64,000 nucleotides of DNA from the human T2T-CHM13v2.0 reference genome, Homo sapiens (GCF_009914755.1 NC_060941.1); one strand, 5' to 3'. Positions 41,673-54,930 are shown, counted from the first letter of the stretch. Notes: generated from the letters alone by a model not told the origin. A program made the numbers and translations.

Positions 41673-43096
41673 TAGAGATTTTTAATTCATCCATCTCAGT
41701 GATTGATCAAGCAGACAAAAAAATTACTAAGAATATTAAAAATGTGGACAGTACAAATCAGAAAGCTCTTATGGTCATATATAGAATACTGTGCCCAACA
41801 ATAGAAGAATATACATTTGTTTCAAAGCATACATGAAATAGTTACAAAAATTGACTATGTGCTTGACCACAGAGTTAGCCTCAACAATTATATCATATTA
41901 TCTAGCTCTAATGCACTCAAGTAAGAAATTTAATAATAAAAATATACCCATTAAAAATCTATGTCTGGAAAGTTTACAATATCTAAGTACTGATGGCTTT
42001 AAAAAGGAGTTATAATGAAAATTTGAAAATAGAAATATGAATAACTGAATTATAAAATTATTTCATATAAAAATTTTGGGGGTGCAGCTAAAGCAGTATT
42101 TAGAGGAAAATATATAACTTTAGCTGCTTATATTAGAACTAAAGGCTCAAAATTAGTGACTTGAGCATTCCATTTAAAAAGTCAAAAGAATAGCAGAATA
42201 AACCCAATAAAAACAGAAAGAAGAAAATATTCAAGCTAAGAACAAAACTAAAGGCAAAAATAAAGTTCAATAAAAAGAAATGTCAAAACCAAAAATTGGT
42301 TCTTTGGAAAAAAAAAAAAAAGCTTTTAAAATGACCATTCCTTAGCTAGCAAGATTACTCAGAAGAAAATAAACAGGATGGGGAGTGGAGAGAGAAAGAA
42401 TGAAAAAATAAACAATATTAGGAACAATATTAAGAATTAAAAAGGGCTTATTACTGCAAAAGCTGCAATTATTAAACAGATGAGACGAGGTTAAGAAAAA
42501 CTTTATGATAAATTTTAAAACTTAGATAAAAGTGGATAAATTCTAGAAAAATACAATTTATCAAAGAAGCAGTAGAAAACCTGGAGAGTCTAATGACCTT
42601 TAAAGAAATTGAATTATTAGATAAAAATCTTCCAGAAAAAAAAAAAAACTAGGTCCAAATGATTTATCAGCAATTTCTACAAAATGTTTTAGGAACTACT
42701 TTTCCAGGTCATAGAAAAAGAAGAAACCTGCCCCCATCAGTTTAAAAGATTAGCAAAATCTTAATTCCAAAACTTGACAAGGATGATATGGGCAAGAAAA
42801 ATCAGTCTAATCTCATGCAAAAACTGCTTAGTAAGGATAGAATTGATCATTTTGCAGTAACAAATTTCAAAATGTCAGTGGTCTTGCACTATGGAGGTCT
42901 GGTTCTCTTCCATGTCACAGCCTGTTGCAGGACAGGCAGCTCCGCTCCAGGCAGTAACACAGGAACCCAGGCTGCTTCTCTTTTATGGCTATACCGCCTA
43001 GAACATGCGGCTTCCAAAGTTTCCACAAAAGGGGAAGTGCAGGCTGGAAAATCGTGGGATGATTTTAAGGTCCATGCAGAGAAGTGACTACACCAT

Positions 43097-43723
43097 TGTT
43101 GAGGATTGACTTGTGTCCTCCAAAATTCAATTATTGAAGTCCTAACCCCGAGTACCTCAGAATGTGACTGAATTTGGAGATAGGGTCTCATGATGTTTTA
43201 AATTATTTAATTACCACTTTTAACAGGGTCTCACTATGTTTCCCAGACTGGTGTCAAACTACTGGGCTCAAGCAGTCCTCCCACCTCAGCCTCCTGAAGT
43301 GCTGGGATTACAAGCACGAGCCACCCCACCCAGCCCATAAAATATTTTTTATTTGTGACTTTTACATCTCTGTTCATGTGGCAGAAACCGCACAATGTGC
43401 TTAGCCCACCACTTCCTTTTCCTGGACATAAAGAAGTGGTAATTAAAATAAGTTCATAGGGGTGGGTGCTAATCCGATATGGCGGGTGTCCTTATAAGAA
43501 GAGATTAGGACACAGCTGTTCATGCATAGAGGAAAGACCATATGAAGACACAGCAAGAGGTCGGTCATCTGACAGCCAAGGAGAGGAGCCTCAGAAGAAA
43601 CCAAATCTGCTGACCCTCTGATCCTGGACTTCCAGCTTCCAGAACTGTGAGAAAATTAACACCTATTGTTTAAGCTATTCTGTCTGTGGTATTTTGTTAG
43701 GGAAGCCCTGGCAAACTAATCCA
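43097..43723 (+). mobile_element. MLT1B-like LTR carrying a foreign inverted insert; nested in an older antisense MLT1 (about 42826-43855)
   Basis: gaagtcctaacccc..gtacctcagaatgtgactg..tttggagatagggtc ... gtgtccttataagaagag...ccagaactgtgagaaaa. Confidence 0.85.
43222..43436 (-). repeat. 215-bp inverted copy of 43796-44010
   Basis: Reverse complement aligns at about 90%, including the non-Alu segment gttcatgtggcagaaacc.cacaatgtgcttagcccacca. Confidence 0.95.
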
Positions 43724-43896
43724 ATTATCATTCCCTTAGTAGGAACTCAGTCACATGGTCCCAATCTAACTGCAAAGGAGGCTGGCAGATTTGCTCTTCT
43801 TTATGTCCAGGACAAGGAAATGGTGGGCTAAGCACATTGTGTGGTTTCTGCCACATGAACAAATATGTAAAAGTCATGAACAAAAAATCTTTTATG

Positions 43897-44200
43897 GGCT
43901 GGGTGGAGTGGCTCATACCTGTAATCCCAGCACTTCAGGAGGCTAAGGTGGGAGGATTGCTTGAGCCCAGTAGTTCGAGACCAGTCTGGGAAACATAGTG
44001 AGACCCTGTTTTACAAAAAATAAAAAAATTAGCCGGGCTTTGTGGCACATGCCTGTAGTCCCAGCTACTCAGGAGGCTGAGGAGGGAGGATTGCTTGGCC
44101 CCAGGATGTCAAGGCTGCAGTGAGCAGTGATCACGTCACTGTACTCCAGCCTAGATGACATAGTGAGACCCTGTCTCAAAAAAAAAAAAAAAAAAAAAAA
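43897..44200 (+). mobile_element. AluJ
   Basis: Full dimer with poly(A). Confidence 0.94.
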
Positions 44201-44622
44201 ATTCATGAACCCATTAGAAATAAACCCAACAGAAAAATGAGCAAAAACATAAATAGGCATTTGCTAGAAAAGAAAGCAAAATGGCCCTTCACCATATGAA
44301 AAGCTGTGGCTCCCGGCTGCTACTCCAAGCGTGGCCTGCTTAGATCACAGTGGTATCCTTTGGGACATGTCTGTAATAAGGAAAATGAAAAGCAAAATCC
44401 TACAGAGATACCATCTCATACTTACCAGGTTGGTAAAATGTAAAAGTTTGTCAATACCAAGAGATGATGAAATGTGGGCCAACAGAAACTCTGGTCCTTC
44501 ACTAGGGTAGAGTGGGAATGGGCATAACCATTTTGGAAAACAGTTTGCCTGTTCATTGTAAGATTTAATGCATGGTTACCTTAGGATCAACAACTCTACT
44601 TCTCAGTGTAAACCTAGGTACA

Positions 44623-44748
44623 TAGAGCAGTGCTTATCAAACTCTAGCATGCATACAATTTTGCTAATATGCAAATTCTAATTCAGTAGATCTGGGATAG
44701 GACCCTGAAAATCTGCCACTGTTCTGAGGGCTACACTTGGAGTAGCAA
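44623..44748. mobile_element. MER5A-like hAT-Charlie
   Basis: tagagcagtgcttatcaaact...atgcaaattctaattcagtagatctggg...cacttggagtagca. Confidence 0.7.
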
Positions 44749-45449
44749 ACCTTGAGTTTCATAAATCCATATTCACAGCAATATTCATAATAGCTCAAAC
44801 CCCAAATTTCCACCAGCAGTAGGCTGGGCAAATAAATTGCAGCATATTCATACACTGGAGTATTATTTAGAAGTGAGAATGAATGAACCACAAACACTCA
44901 CATTAAAAATAGATGAATCCAACAAATATATTCTTGAGCAAAAGAAGCAAGGCACAGAAGAAAATATACAGTATGACTCCATTATATAAAGTTCAAAACT
45001 CAGGCAGAGCTAAATAATACCCAGGCACACCTAATTTTAGTGTGCTTCACAAATATTGCATTTAAAAAAAAAAATTAAAGGTTTCTGGCAACCCCGTGTC
45101 AAGCGAGTCTATCAGCATCATTTTTCCAACAGCATGTGCCCACTTTGTGTCTTGTTGTTATATTCTGATAATTTTCACAATATTTCAAACCTTTTCATCA
45201 TTATATCTGTTATGGTGATCTGTGATCAATAATCTTCAAAGTCACCATTGTAATTGTTTTGTGGTGCCACAAACTGTGCCCATAAAAGATGGCAAACCTC
45301 ATCAATAAATGTGTGTATTCTGCGTCCTCCACCGAGGAGCTGGTCCCTCATCTCTCTCCTTCTCCTCGGGTTCCCTTATTCCCTGAGACACAAAAATATT
45401 GAAATTAGGTCAATTAGTAACCCTAGGTGTTAGGGCAATTAATAATCCA

Positions 45450-47520
45450 AGTGTTCAAGTGAAAGGAAGAGCTGTACCTCTCCCATTTTAAGTCAAAAGC
45501 TAGAAATGATTAAGCTTAGTGAGGAAGGCCTGTCAAAAGCTGAGACAGGTCAAAAGCCAGGCCTCTTGCATCAAACAGCCAAGTTGTGAATGCAAAGGAA
45601 AAATTCTTGAAGGAAATTAAAAGGGCTACTCCAGTGAACATACTAGTGATAAGAAAGTGAAATGCAGCACTATTCACAATAGCAAAGACATAGAATCAAC
45701 CTAGGTGTCCATGAACGCTGGATTGGATAAAGAAAATGTGGTTCATATATTCCATGGAATACCATGTGGTCATAAAAAAAAGGAACGAAGTCATGTCCTT
45801 TGCAGCAACATGAATGTAGCTGGAGGCCATTATCCTAAGTGAACAGAAAGAGAAAATCAAATACTGCATGTTCTCACTTTTAAGTGGGGGCTGAACATTG
45901 CATATGCAGGGACATAAAGATGGAAACAATGGACACTGGGCACTCCAAGAAGAAGGAGAGAGGGACGGGGGTAAAGGCTGAAAAACTCCCTCTCAAGCAC
46001 TATGCTCACTAACTGAGTGGTGGGTTCAGTTGTACCCCAAACCTCAGCATCATGCAATATACCCTTGTAACAAAACCTGTACATTTAACCTCTGAGTCTA
46101 AAATAAAAGTTGAGAAAAAAAAAAAAAAGGAAAATAGACTTATTGCTGGTATGGAGAAAGTTTGAGTGGTCTGGATAGATGATCAAACCAGCCACAACAT
46201 TCCCTTAAGCCAAAGCCTAATACAGAGCAAAGCCCTAGCCTTCAATTCTATAATGACTGAGGGAGGTCAAGAAGCTGCAGAAGAAAAGTTTGAAGCTAGC
46301 AGAGGTGGGTTTAAGGAAAGAAGCCATCTCCATAACCTAAAAGTGCAAGGTGAAGCAGCAAGTGCTGATGGAGAAGATGCAGCAAGTTACCCAAAAGATC
46401 TAGCTTCATAATTGACAAAGGTGGCTCCACTAAACAACAGATTTTCAATGTAGAGGAAACAGCCTTCTATTGGAAGAAGATGCCATCTAGGCTTTTCTTA
46501 GCTGGAGAAGAGAAGTCAATACCTGGCTTCAAAACATCAAAGGACAGGCTGCTCTCTTGTTAGAAGCTAAGTAGCTGATGACTTTAAGTTAAAGCTAATG
46601 CTCACTGACCTTTCTAAAAACCTATGGGTTCATAAGAATTATGCAGAATCTACTCTGCCTTTGCTCTGTAAGTGAAACCAGAAAGCCTTTTGACAGCACC
46701 TCTGTTTACAGTATGGTTTACTGAATATTTTAAGCATACTGTTGAGACCTACTGCTCAGGAAAAAAAGATTCTTTCAAAATATTACTGCTCATTGACAAT
46801 GCACTTGGTCACCCAAGAGCTCTGATTAACATGCACAAAATTAATGTTGTCTTCATGCCTGCTAACACAACATCCATTCTGCAGCCCATGGATCTAAAAG
46901 TAATTTTGATGTTCAAGTCCTACTATTTAAGAAATACATTTCATAAAGTTATAGTTGCCATAAGTAGTGATGAGCAACGTGAATTGAAAACTTTCTGGAA
47001 AGGATTCACCATCTTTTCATCTAGAGACTCTGTCTTCTAGATGCCATTTGAACATTTGAGATTTATGGTAGGAGGTCAAAATATCAACACTAACAGGAGC
47101 TTGGAAGAAGTGGAGTCCAACCTGATGTTGAGGGGTCTAAGATCTCAGTGGAGAAAGTAACAGCAGATGCAGTAGAAATAGCAAGAGAGCTAGAATTAGA
47201 AGTAGAGCCTGAAGATGTGACTGAAATGCTGCAATTCATGATAAAACTTGAACAGATGAGGAGATGCTTCTTACAGATGAGCAAAGAAAATGGTTTCTTG
47301 AGATGGGATCTACTCCTGGTGAAGATGCTGTGAACATTGTTGAATTAACAACAGAGGATTTAAAACATTACATAAACTTTATTGATAAAGCAGAGGCAGG
47401 GTTTGAGAGAACTGACTGCAGTTTTAAAAGAAGGTCCACTGTGGGTAAAAAGCCATCAAATAGCATCTCATGCTGCAGGGAAATCTTTCATGAACGGAAG
47501 AGTCACTGGATGCAGCATAC
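45450..47520 (+). pseudogene. Decayed Tigger1 pogo/CENP-B-like transposase
   Basis: ORF fragments [23 protein letters not shown] (HTH region) and [27 protein letters not shown] (DDE region); frameshifts, stops and an L1 insertion. Confidence 0.88.
45663..46128 (+). mobile_element. L1PA15/16- or L1PB-type 3' end, 5'-truncated, inside Tigger1
   Basis: gcagcactattcacaatagcaaagac...aacctcagcatcatgcaatatacc...ctaaaataaaagttg + poly(A). Confidence 0.88.
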
Positions 47521-47550
47521 TTGATTGCTGTCATATTATAAGATATTGCT

Positions 47551-47845
47551 GCTGGGCATGGTGGCTCACACCTGTAATCCCAGTGCTTTGCGTGAACAAC
47601 ATGGGAGGAATGCTTGAGCCCAGGAGTTTGAGACCAGCCTGGGAAACATAGCAAGACCCCATCTGTACAAAATTTTTTTTAAAATTAGATGAGCATAATG
47701 GCATGTGCCTGTAGTCCCAGATACTCAGAGGCTCAGGTGGGAGAATAACTTAAGCCTCGGAGTTCAAGGCTGTAGTGAGCTATGATTGTGCCACTGCACT
47801 CCAGCCTGGGTGATACACTGAGACTCTGTCTTCAAAAAAATAAAA
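47551..47845 (+). mobile_element. AluJ inside Tigger1
   Basis: Dimer; TSD aaga(t/a)attgct at 47540-47550 and 47846-47856. Confidence 0.93.
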
Positions 47846-49897
47846 AAGAAATTGCTACAGCCACCCCAACCCTTGGAAACCACCACCCTTGGATGATGAT
47901 GTGAGCAGCCATCAGCATCAAAGCAAGACCCTCTGCCAGAAAAATGATTGACTTGCTAATAATCAGAGGATTGTTAGCATTTGTTAGCAAGAAAGTATTT
48001 TAAAATTAAGGTATGTACATTGTTTTTAAGACATAATGCTATTGCACATTCAATAGATTCCAATATCGTGTAAACGTAACTTTTATATGCAATGGGAAAC
48101 CAAAAATTTTGTGTGATTCACTTTAATGTGATATTCACTTTATTGTGGTAGTCTGGAACAAAACCCACAATACCTATGAGGTAGGCCTATATTGTTTAGG
48201 AATATTTATATACCTTGTAAAACTTTGTGAAAAAAAGAGAGAGAGAGAGAAGGAAGAAAATGCTTAATATGAAGCTCAAGACAGAAGTTACCTCTGGTGG
48301 AGGGAAAGAGGAAGGTGATAGGAAATAAATACCTAGGGGCCTTCTCAGGAGCTGCTAATGCTCTATTTCTCAAGCTGAATGGTGAATACGTGGGTGTTTT
48401 ATTATTACTCTTTAAGCAGTGTATATATACATTACACTCTTTTGAATAAAAAAGTAACAGGAAGCCTTTTTGTATTTAAGTCCCCAGTGACTAGTAAAAT
48501 AAATCTAGTGGGTTATGAAAAGTCTAAATTTTGAGAATCAAGGAGTACTTGCACCTCTGAAATAAAGCATGCAGACATCTCAGTTTGCAAGTCATGCCAT
48601 ATTGGACACCCAGGAAATAAGATCCGGGACACGCACCCTCTTTCCATCTAAGACTCCCAGCGACAGACAAGGAGACAGGAGGGGGCAGGACTGCAGAGTA
48701 AGTACAGAAAGCTAACTGCATCCACGTGTTGACATGGGGCAGAGTGGGCCAGTGCAGAGGATGCGGGTGGGTAACTTCCTGGAACAGCAGGAGAGAAGAG
48801 AAAAGGAACAGGGGGAAGGGCTGGAGACACATCATCTCCCATGTCATCAGTTTGGGAAGCTCTTTGGAAAAGCCCACGTTTACTTTCTGAAACCTCATCA
48901 AACCTTTCTTCTACTACCTTTAAAAGAATACCCCACCTACTGGCTGTGGGAGCCACAGCCAGGCAGCTTTAACTCTTGAGACACTCAAGATTCTGCGGTC
49001 TGGGGCACAGATCCCCCGATTCCAAAGCCTGTCCCTCCCAGACAGGTGTGGTACCTGGGCCAGACTTCTCCCACTTCCATGCTAGGGAGCTCCTTTTTTG
49101 CAGCAGCTCTGCTTGCAACTTCCACCCCATGTAAGGGTGATGATGAGATTGGATTTCAACTGAGAGAGAAGCAAGTTATAAATACATCCTGGTGTACTAT
49201 TAATGTCAATAATATTAGTACAATTATTTCCAGACTAGTCAGATTCAATAAAAGCAACAGTAAACAAGCCTGAGGCAGCCACCAGGTGAGCGCTGTGGGG
49301 GCTGCACAGCTGGCTGGCTGCTGAGGACGATGCTTTGCCTTTCTGGCTGTCTCTTGAGCAGGGGAAGCCATGGTGTTTGGCTGCAGTTCTGCCAGCGCCT
49401 GCTCACACACCCCCAGGTCCTGATGCCTTTAAGTAACTGAGCAAAGCAGCCATCTCCATTCGTAGCAACAACTGTGCCACATGTGAAAGAAGGAGAGAGT
49501 TTGAGCACTATAGGCTACTCACAGGCGATACGTCTGCAAACCCAGAGCCAAGACAGTAGAGTCCGGCTTTGCAGACTCGCCTTCCTGAAGTCCTTGGAAT
49601 GCTGGCATTCCCTCTAGCACTTCTCCCTGCTTTGTAATTATCCATTTACACGTCTATCATTCCACTCAATTCTGAATTCTCTGAGGACACGGACCAGGAA
49701 TCCCTACTGCCCAGGACGGTGTGCAGTGCAGAACAAGGCTCAGCAAATGTTGAGTTGTGAAATCTGGGAGGCTCTCTCCTGGCTGTTTGGGAAGTCAGGT
49801 CCTTTAGAGGCTAAGAATACAGGCCTGGAGTCAGCTGGGCATGGAATTAAAGGCCTTTTCTCCCACTTATTGGCTGTCCAATTTTGGGTAAGTTACT

Positions 49898-50272
49898 TCG
49901 TATGGTTTGGCTGTGTGTCCACCCAAATCTCTTCTTGAATTGTAGTTCCCATAATCCCCACGTGTCATGGGAGGGATCCGGTGGAAAGTAATTAAATCAT
50001 GGGGGCAGTTACCTCTATGCTGTTCTTGTGATGGTGAGTGAGTTCTCATGAGAGCTTATTGTTTTATAAGAGCCTTTCCCCCTGCTTTGCTCTGCACTTC
50101 TCCTTGCTGCCATCATGTGAAGAAGGACGTGTTTGTTTCCCCTTCCACCATGATTGTAAGTTTCCTGAGGCCTCCCCAGCCATGCAGAACTGTGAGTCAA
50201 TTAAACCTCTTTCCTTTATAAATTACCCAGTCTTGGGAATGCCTTTATTAGCAGAGAGCAGAGACTAATACA
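49898..50272 (+). mobile_element. THE1B-like solo LTR inserted in a MIR
   Basis: Complete LTR; 5-bp TSD ttact at 49893-49897 and 50273-50277; MIR halves on both sides (about 49820-50445). Confidence 0.93.
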
Positions 50273-50576
50273 TTACTCAACCATTCTGTGTCTTGGTTTC
50301 CTCATCTGTAAAATGGAAATAATAATCATCTTTGCTTTATAGGGTTGTTGTGAGGATTACCAGAAGGGATAAATGTCAATGAAAGTAGCATGGTGCCAGG
50401 CACATATAGGTGCTAAATAAGCATATTGCTATCATTATTATTATTTTAATGAGCACATTATTATCTGTGATTATTAGAGAGGCAATATGGCAGAGTTCAT
50501 AAGAGCCAGACTCCCGGGGTTAAATTCCTAGTTCAGCCCCTTTCCAGCTGTGTGGCCTAGGGTCACCGTGGATGAC

Positions 50577-50665
50577 TGGGCTAGAATAGGGTGAGGCAAG
50601 TGAGGCACCTAGGACGTAAAATTTAAGGTGGCTCCTCACCTGCCACCCTCTCATCCTGTCCCTAT
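50577..50665 (+). mobile_element. MER96-like hAT MITE within a MIR
   Basis: tagggtgaggcaagtgaggcacctaggacgtaaaatttaagg. Confidence 0.55.
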
Positions 50666-52596
50666 TGAATGAGCCCTTTGCCTCTCTATGCTACATCATA
50701 AGTGATAAATGAATGTTAGCTTCTTCTATGGATAAAATGAGTTTCCCTAGAACAACTGTCTATGTAGCGGTCTGTTCGGCTGTTGTATCAGAAGAATAAA
50801 GCTGAGCCCATGAGCAAACACAGTGGGAGTAAGCAGTTAAGGGCGTTCAGTGATGGAGAAACAGGGGTGACCCAAATGCCTTTCTCAGAGTGCCCTTGCC
50901 CATTTCCAATCAACTGCGTTTTCCTAGAGTTTGTGTGAGTGGGTTTCTGTACCTTGCAAACTAAAAACACTCTCTGACTAAGCAGTGATAGAAAGCACCA
51001 GAAAGCAAGCTGGGAATCACATCCAGGAGGCCTTGCAGGCCATGCTAAGGATGTTTGGTCTTGGCTCTTGCTGGCTACTCCATTTCTGATGTTGTTCTTA
51101 CTTGGGAAATCACGCGCACAACAACCCCCTTGAACACCCACTGCCCGGGCAACTTGCTCCCCCGTCTGCTCACCCAGGTTCCTGTTTCCTCCTGGCTACA
51201 GAAGCAAATAAGAGAAGAGGGTCACCGAGGGTGCTCCTATGCAGAGAACATAAAACATTCGGCGCTGGCTTCTCTCCAATCAGAAAGAGATGGTGTCCAC
51301 TTTATTATTAAAAAGGATAAAACGGTCTTCCCAGCAGCTACCGACCTGGGACTTTAAACACATTTGCATGGAACATTCCCTCTGGCACCATCCTGGAGAA
51401 TGTCTCTGGCTCTCCTGCTCTCTACAAAGGCCTGTATATCTTTTCCTTGGGCCTTTCCAGCTGAATTTTAAAGAGGGTTTTAGAGAGCGCGTCATGACAA
51501 GGGTTCTTCAGAGTCTTCTAAATCATAACGCACAGAACCGAAAGAGGGCTATTTCTTTTCCTAAGAATGATTTGCCCACTCTGATTCAGTGATTCACCCA
51601 CCCCAGGCACAGGCTAAGAAACTTTGCAAAAAAAATGAGAAACTTCCCATCCTCAATTTTTCCTCCCCAAGAAATCCCTCTCAATCTCCTCTCTTTTGCT
51701 CTCCCCTCCCTCTTCCCTCTCCCCCCTCTCTCCATCATAAAATAATAAAACAAACCCAAGTGCATGTAAATCCCTCGCAGTTGCTGTAGAGGGGGCCAGC
51801 CAGATGTATTTACTACTAAGTGGATGCAAATTCACTTACTGCTGATTTTCAAAGAAATGAGCCGCCCCTGCCACAATATTGCTTTTCTCATCACCAAATG
51901 GGGCCTTTGCTTTGTAATTTGGTGAAGCTGTCAAAACAATCAGATCTAGGAGGCGGGATGGTGTCTGCGTTTTGGCATCCCAAGAGATTGATCTCAGTGG
52001 TTGCTCCAGGCAGCTCCACTCAGAAATGTGCTCCGTGGGGGAGGCCATCTAGGGCGTGTCATGGAAAGAGATGGGTTAGCTGGGTGTGGAGCACAGGGCA
52101 GAGCCAAGGTCAGGATGGGCTAGACCTCCAGGTTCCTCAGCTGCAAAAGCAGCCCCAGGGAGATGTGGTTCTGGACCACCCAAGGGGCTGCAGAAAGAAA
52201 GGTATCGACACACATACTTGTTCAAACCTGTACTCTTTTCTAGGACTTCACAGGTCCACTGGGCCACAGCAGCCGGTCCATGGACTCCAGATCTAGAACC
52301 CATGCTGGGTAGAAACCCCTTCAACTGCTCAGGCAAGTCATTGGATCTATCTGAGCCTGACTGGATTTTTCATTTGCAGGAGAAAGTTGACGAATCTGTC
52401 CCCATGTTCCTCTCAAGCCCTAGTTATAGGACTTCTGAGGTAAAGGACAAGTTGGGAGAGTATCGTAGTTGGGCTGTTCTGGAAAGGGATGTTAGTCCTC
52501 CTGGAGCTGGTTACTAGTACAGGATTCTTGGGGTTACAAATGATGGAAAATCAAGTCTAACTCAAGAAAATTTGCTTCATGCCACCAGAAAGCTGA

Positions 52597-53065
52597 GAGT
52601 ATTGGTTTTCTAATTGCTGTTGTAACAAATTACCACAAAGTGAGTGGATTAAAACAACATAAAGTGTTATTTTGCAGCTCTGGAGGCCAGAAATCCAGAA
52701 ATGGGTTTATGTGGCTAAAACCAAGATGGTGGCAAGGCTGCATTCCTTCTAAAAGATGTAGGGAAGAATTCATTCCTTGCCTTTTGGGTTCTGAGAATGC
52801 CTGAAATTCCTTGGCTCACAGCCCACTTCCAGCAATGGCATAACTTTGACCTTTATTTCCATGGCCACATCTCCCTCCCTGACTCTAACTGTTCTGCTTC
52901 CCCTTGTGATAACACTGAGCCAACCCATATAATCTGGGGTAATCTCCCCATCTCAAAATTCTTAATCATATATGCAGTACCCCTTTTGTCATGTAAGGTA
53001 GCATATTCACAGATTCTAGAGGTGAGGATGTGGATGTCTTTGGGGGCCATTATTCTTTCTGCCAA
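52597..53065 (-). mobile_element. MLT1B/C/D LTR
   Basis: gctgttgtaacaaattaccacaaa...acagattctagaggtgaggatgtggatgtctttgggggccattatt. Confidence 0.85.
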
Positions 53066-53875
53066 CTTTGGGGAGCAGACTTCAGGTGCTCCTGAAGATC
53101 CAGCACAAGGAAGAGGGTGCAAGTGGCTCAAACAGTATCATCAGGGTCTTTCTTTCATCTTTATCTCTGCAGTCTGCTTCCTTCATGTTAGTCATATTCT
53201 CAAGGCCATTTCAAATAGCTTTCCCCCTGCTAGCCAAGAAAAATGCTGCCTCTAGCCCTCAATTATGGCATTTCAGATTAGTAGATATTAATAGTTTGGG
53301 AAAAAATAATCTTTCCCCCTCTATCTTTCTCTCTGCCCTGGTCCAAATACCAGTCTCTGTGTAGATCCCTTGAATTAACAAAGGGATGCTTGGGAAGAAG
53401 GGCACCGGGGAGATATACAAATCCTTGAGACAGCTAGGGTGGGGGTTCATCAACCTAATTTGTAGATTAATCAGCATGTACCCATTTAGTAATCCAAGCT
53501 GGTGATGCCAGACACATCAGCTACAAAGTGCTCTAGCAGCAAGCCTGGTCATTATTTAGTCTCTTATAGATCAGGCCAACCACACAGAGCATGTGCAGGA
53601 ATCCCAGCCCTGCTCAGCCCAGAGCATTGACATTTGTGGTTAAGCAGGGCCCCATGGAAGCCACACACCCGTCCCCCTTGGTTTCACCACGTGTCTCTGT
53701 AACTTTGAGGGAAAAGGACCCTCCCTCCTGGGATGGGATGATAATTAAGAGTAATTTCAGTCCTGTTGGGCTCCAGTTACAACAATTACAGGGTTCTGGA
53801 TCAATTAATACTCACATTTGCATGGAGAAGATGGTGAAATTTAGAATGTAGACCCCCCATTTAGGAGCTATAGCT

Positions 53876-53996
53876 AGGGTGACCCTACAGCCAGGTGTGC
53901 TAGGGACAGTCGTGGTTTGCACCTGAATTATTCATAGTTCTGCTCTTCACTCTCAAAGTGGTCCCTGTTTAAATGATCAGTGTTACGGTTACCCTA
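53876..53996 (-). mobile_element. MER81-like MITE
   Basis: TIRs tagggtgacc ... ggttacccta; ttcactctcaaagtg. Confidence 0.7.
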
Positions 53997-54060
53997 ATGT
54001 TAGTAGAAGTAGAAAAGAGTTTATTTTCCCCTTCTACTGTTTCACTTACCCCTGAACCAG

Positions 54061-54281
54061 GTGGGGGACTCTAAGGCAGCAGCTGGAGAAGACCCCCAAA
54101 TCACACAGGTACCCCTCTTCCTTGTGCCGGCTGTAAAGCCAAGGAATAAACCAACCCTTCCCATTGCAGGGAGTGGGAAGCCAGTGATGTGGCTTCCTAG
54201 TAGCTGTCCCCAGCCTCTAGACTGTACCGTCTGGATCTGCAGAGGCCTGTTCACTGTCATGCCTTCATGCAGATCTCTGGG
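54061..54281 (+). other. Candidate non-coding internal exon
   Basis: AG-free pyrimidine tract 54021-54058 ending ccAG|; donor GGG|GTAAGT at 54281/54282. Confidence 0.3.
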
Positions 54282-54930
54282 GTAAGTGCTCTGTTGCTGT
54301 AGGAAAATAACTTACAACTTTTCTTTGAATGTATTTACATGAATGCCTATACCTTTATTTAAATGCATAAATGTTGTCATTACATGATTCATGTGTATGT
54401 GTGTGTGTGTGTTTGTGCAGACTCTTAGTTTTTTTTCCTGTTAGTTTGACTTTCCTTGACACCTCTCCTCTGTCCTCCACCCATAACCACTAGAAATTCA
54501 TGCTAATAGCCTAGTAGGGATCCTTCCACATTTTTCTTCATGATCATATTATCCTGTATAAATATATACATACACACACTACATGTGGTAGACATGTATG
54601 TACATACATGTATGTAACTTTTTATACACACCCACATGCATTCACTTATACACATGTGTGCACTTATACATGTATAGCCAGCCTTTTGTCATTATTTGTT
54701 TTGCAGAAATATATGATATTCAGTTTCTTGCATCTTGTTTTCCTCACTCAACAATACCTTGGGGAACTCTCTCTCTGTCCTCCAATATTGCTCTAATTGT
54801 TTTCAATAGGGCATAATATCGCATGGTATAAATGTACTATAATTTATGCACCCAGACCTCAAGAGTGACTGCTCACTTTGTTTTCATGGGAGAAATTTCC
54901 CACATTCACCAAATATAAATGTGTGACACT

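Larger units (their letters stand above)
45022..48188 (+). mobile_element. Near full-length Tigger1 DNA transposon with two nested insertions
   Basis: Both termini present (caggcacacct... / ...gaggtaggcct); internal tagaaatgattaagcttagtgaggaaggc. Confidence 0.93.

Noticed and set aside
46166-47040. Possible domesticated TIGD1-like transposase gene
   Set aside because: Reading frame is broken by stops, frameshifts and an L1 insertion; ordinary dead Tigger1 copy
51783-51800. CTCF-like motif ctgtagagggggcc
   Set aside because: Only a partial match to the CTCF core; not supportable without ChIP data
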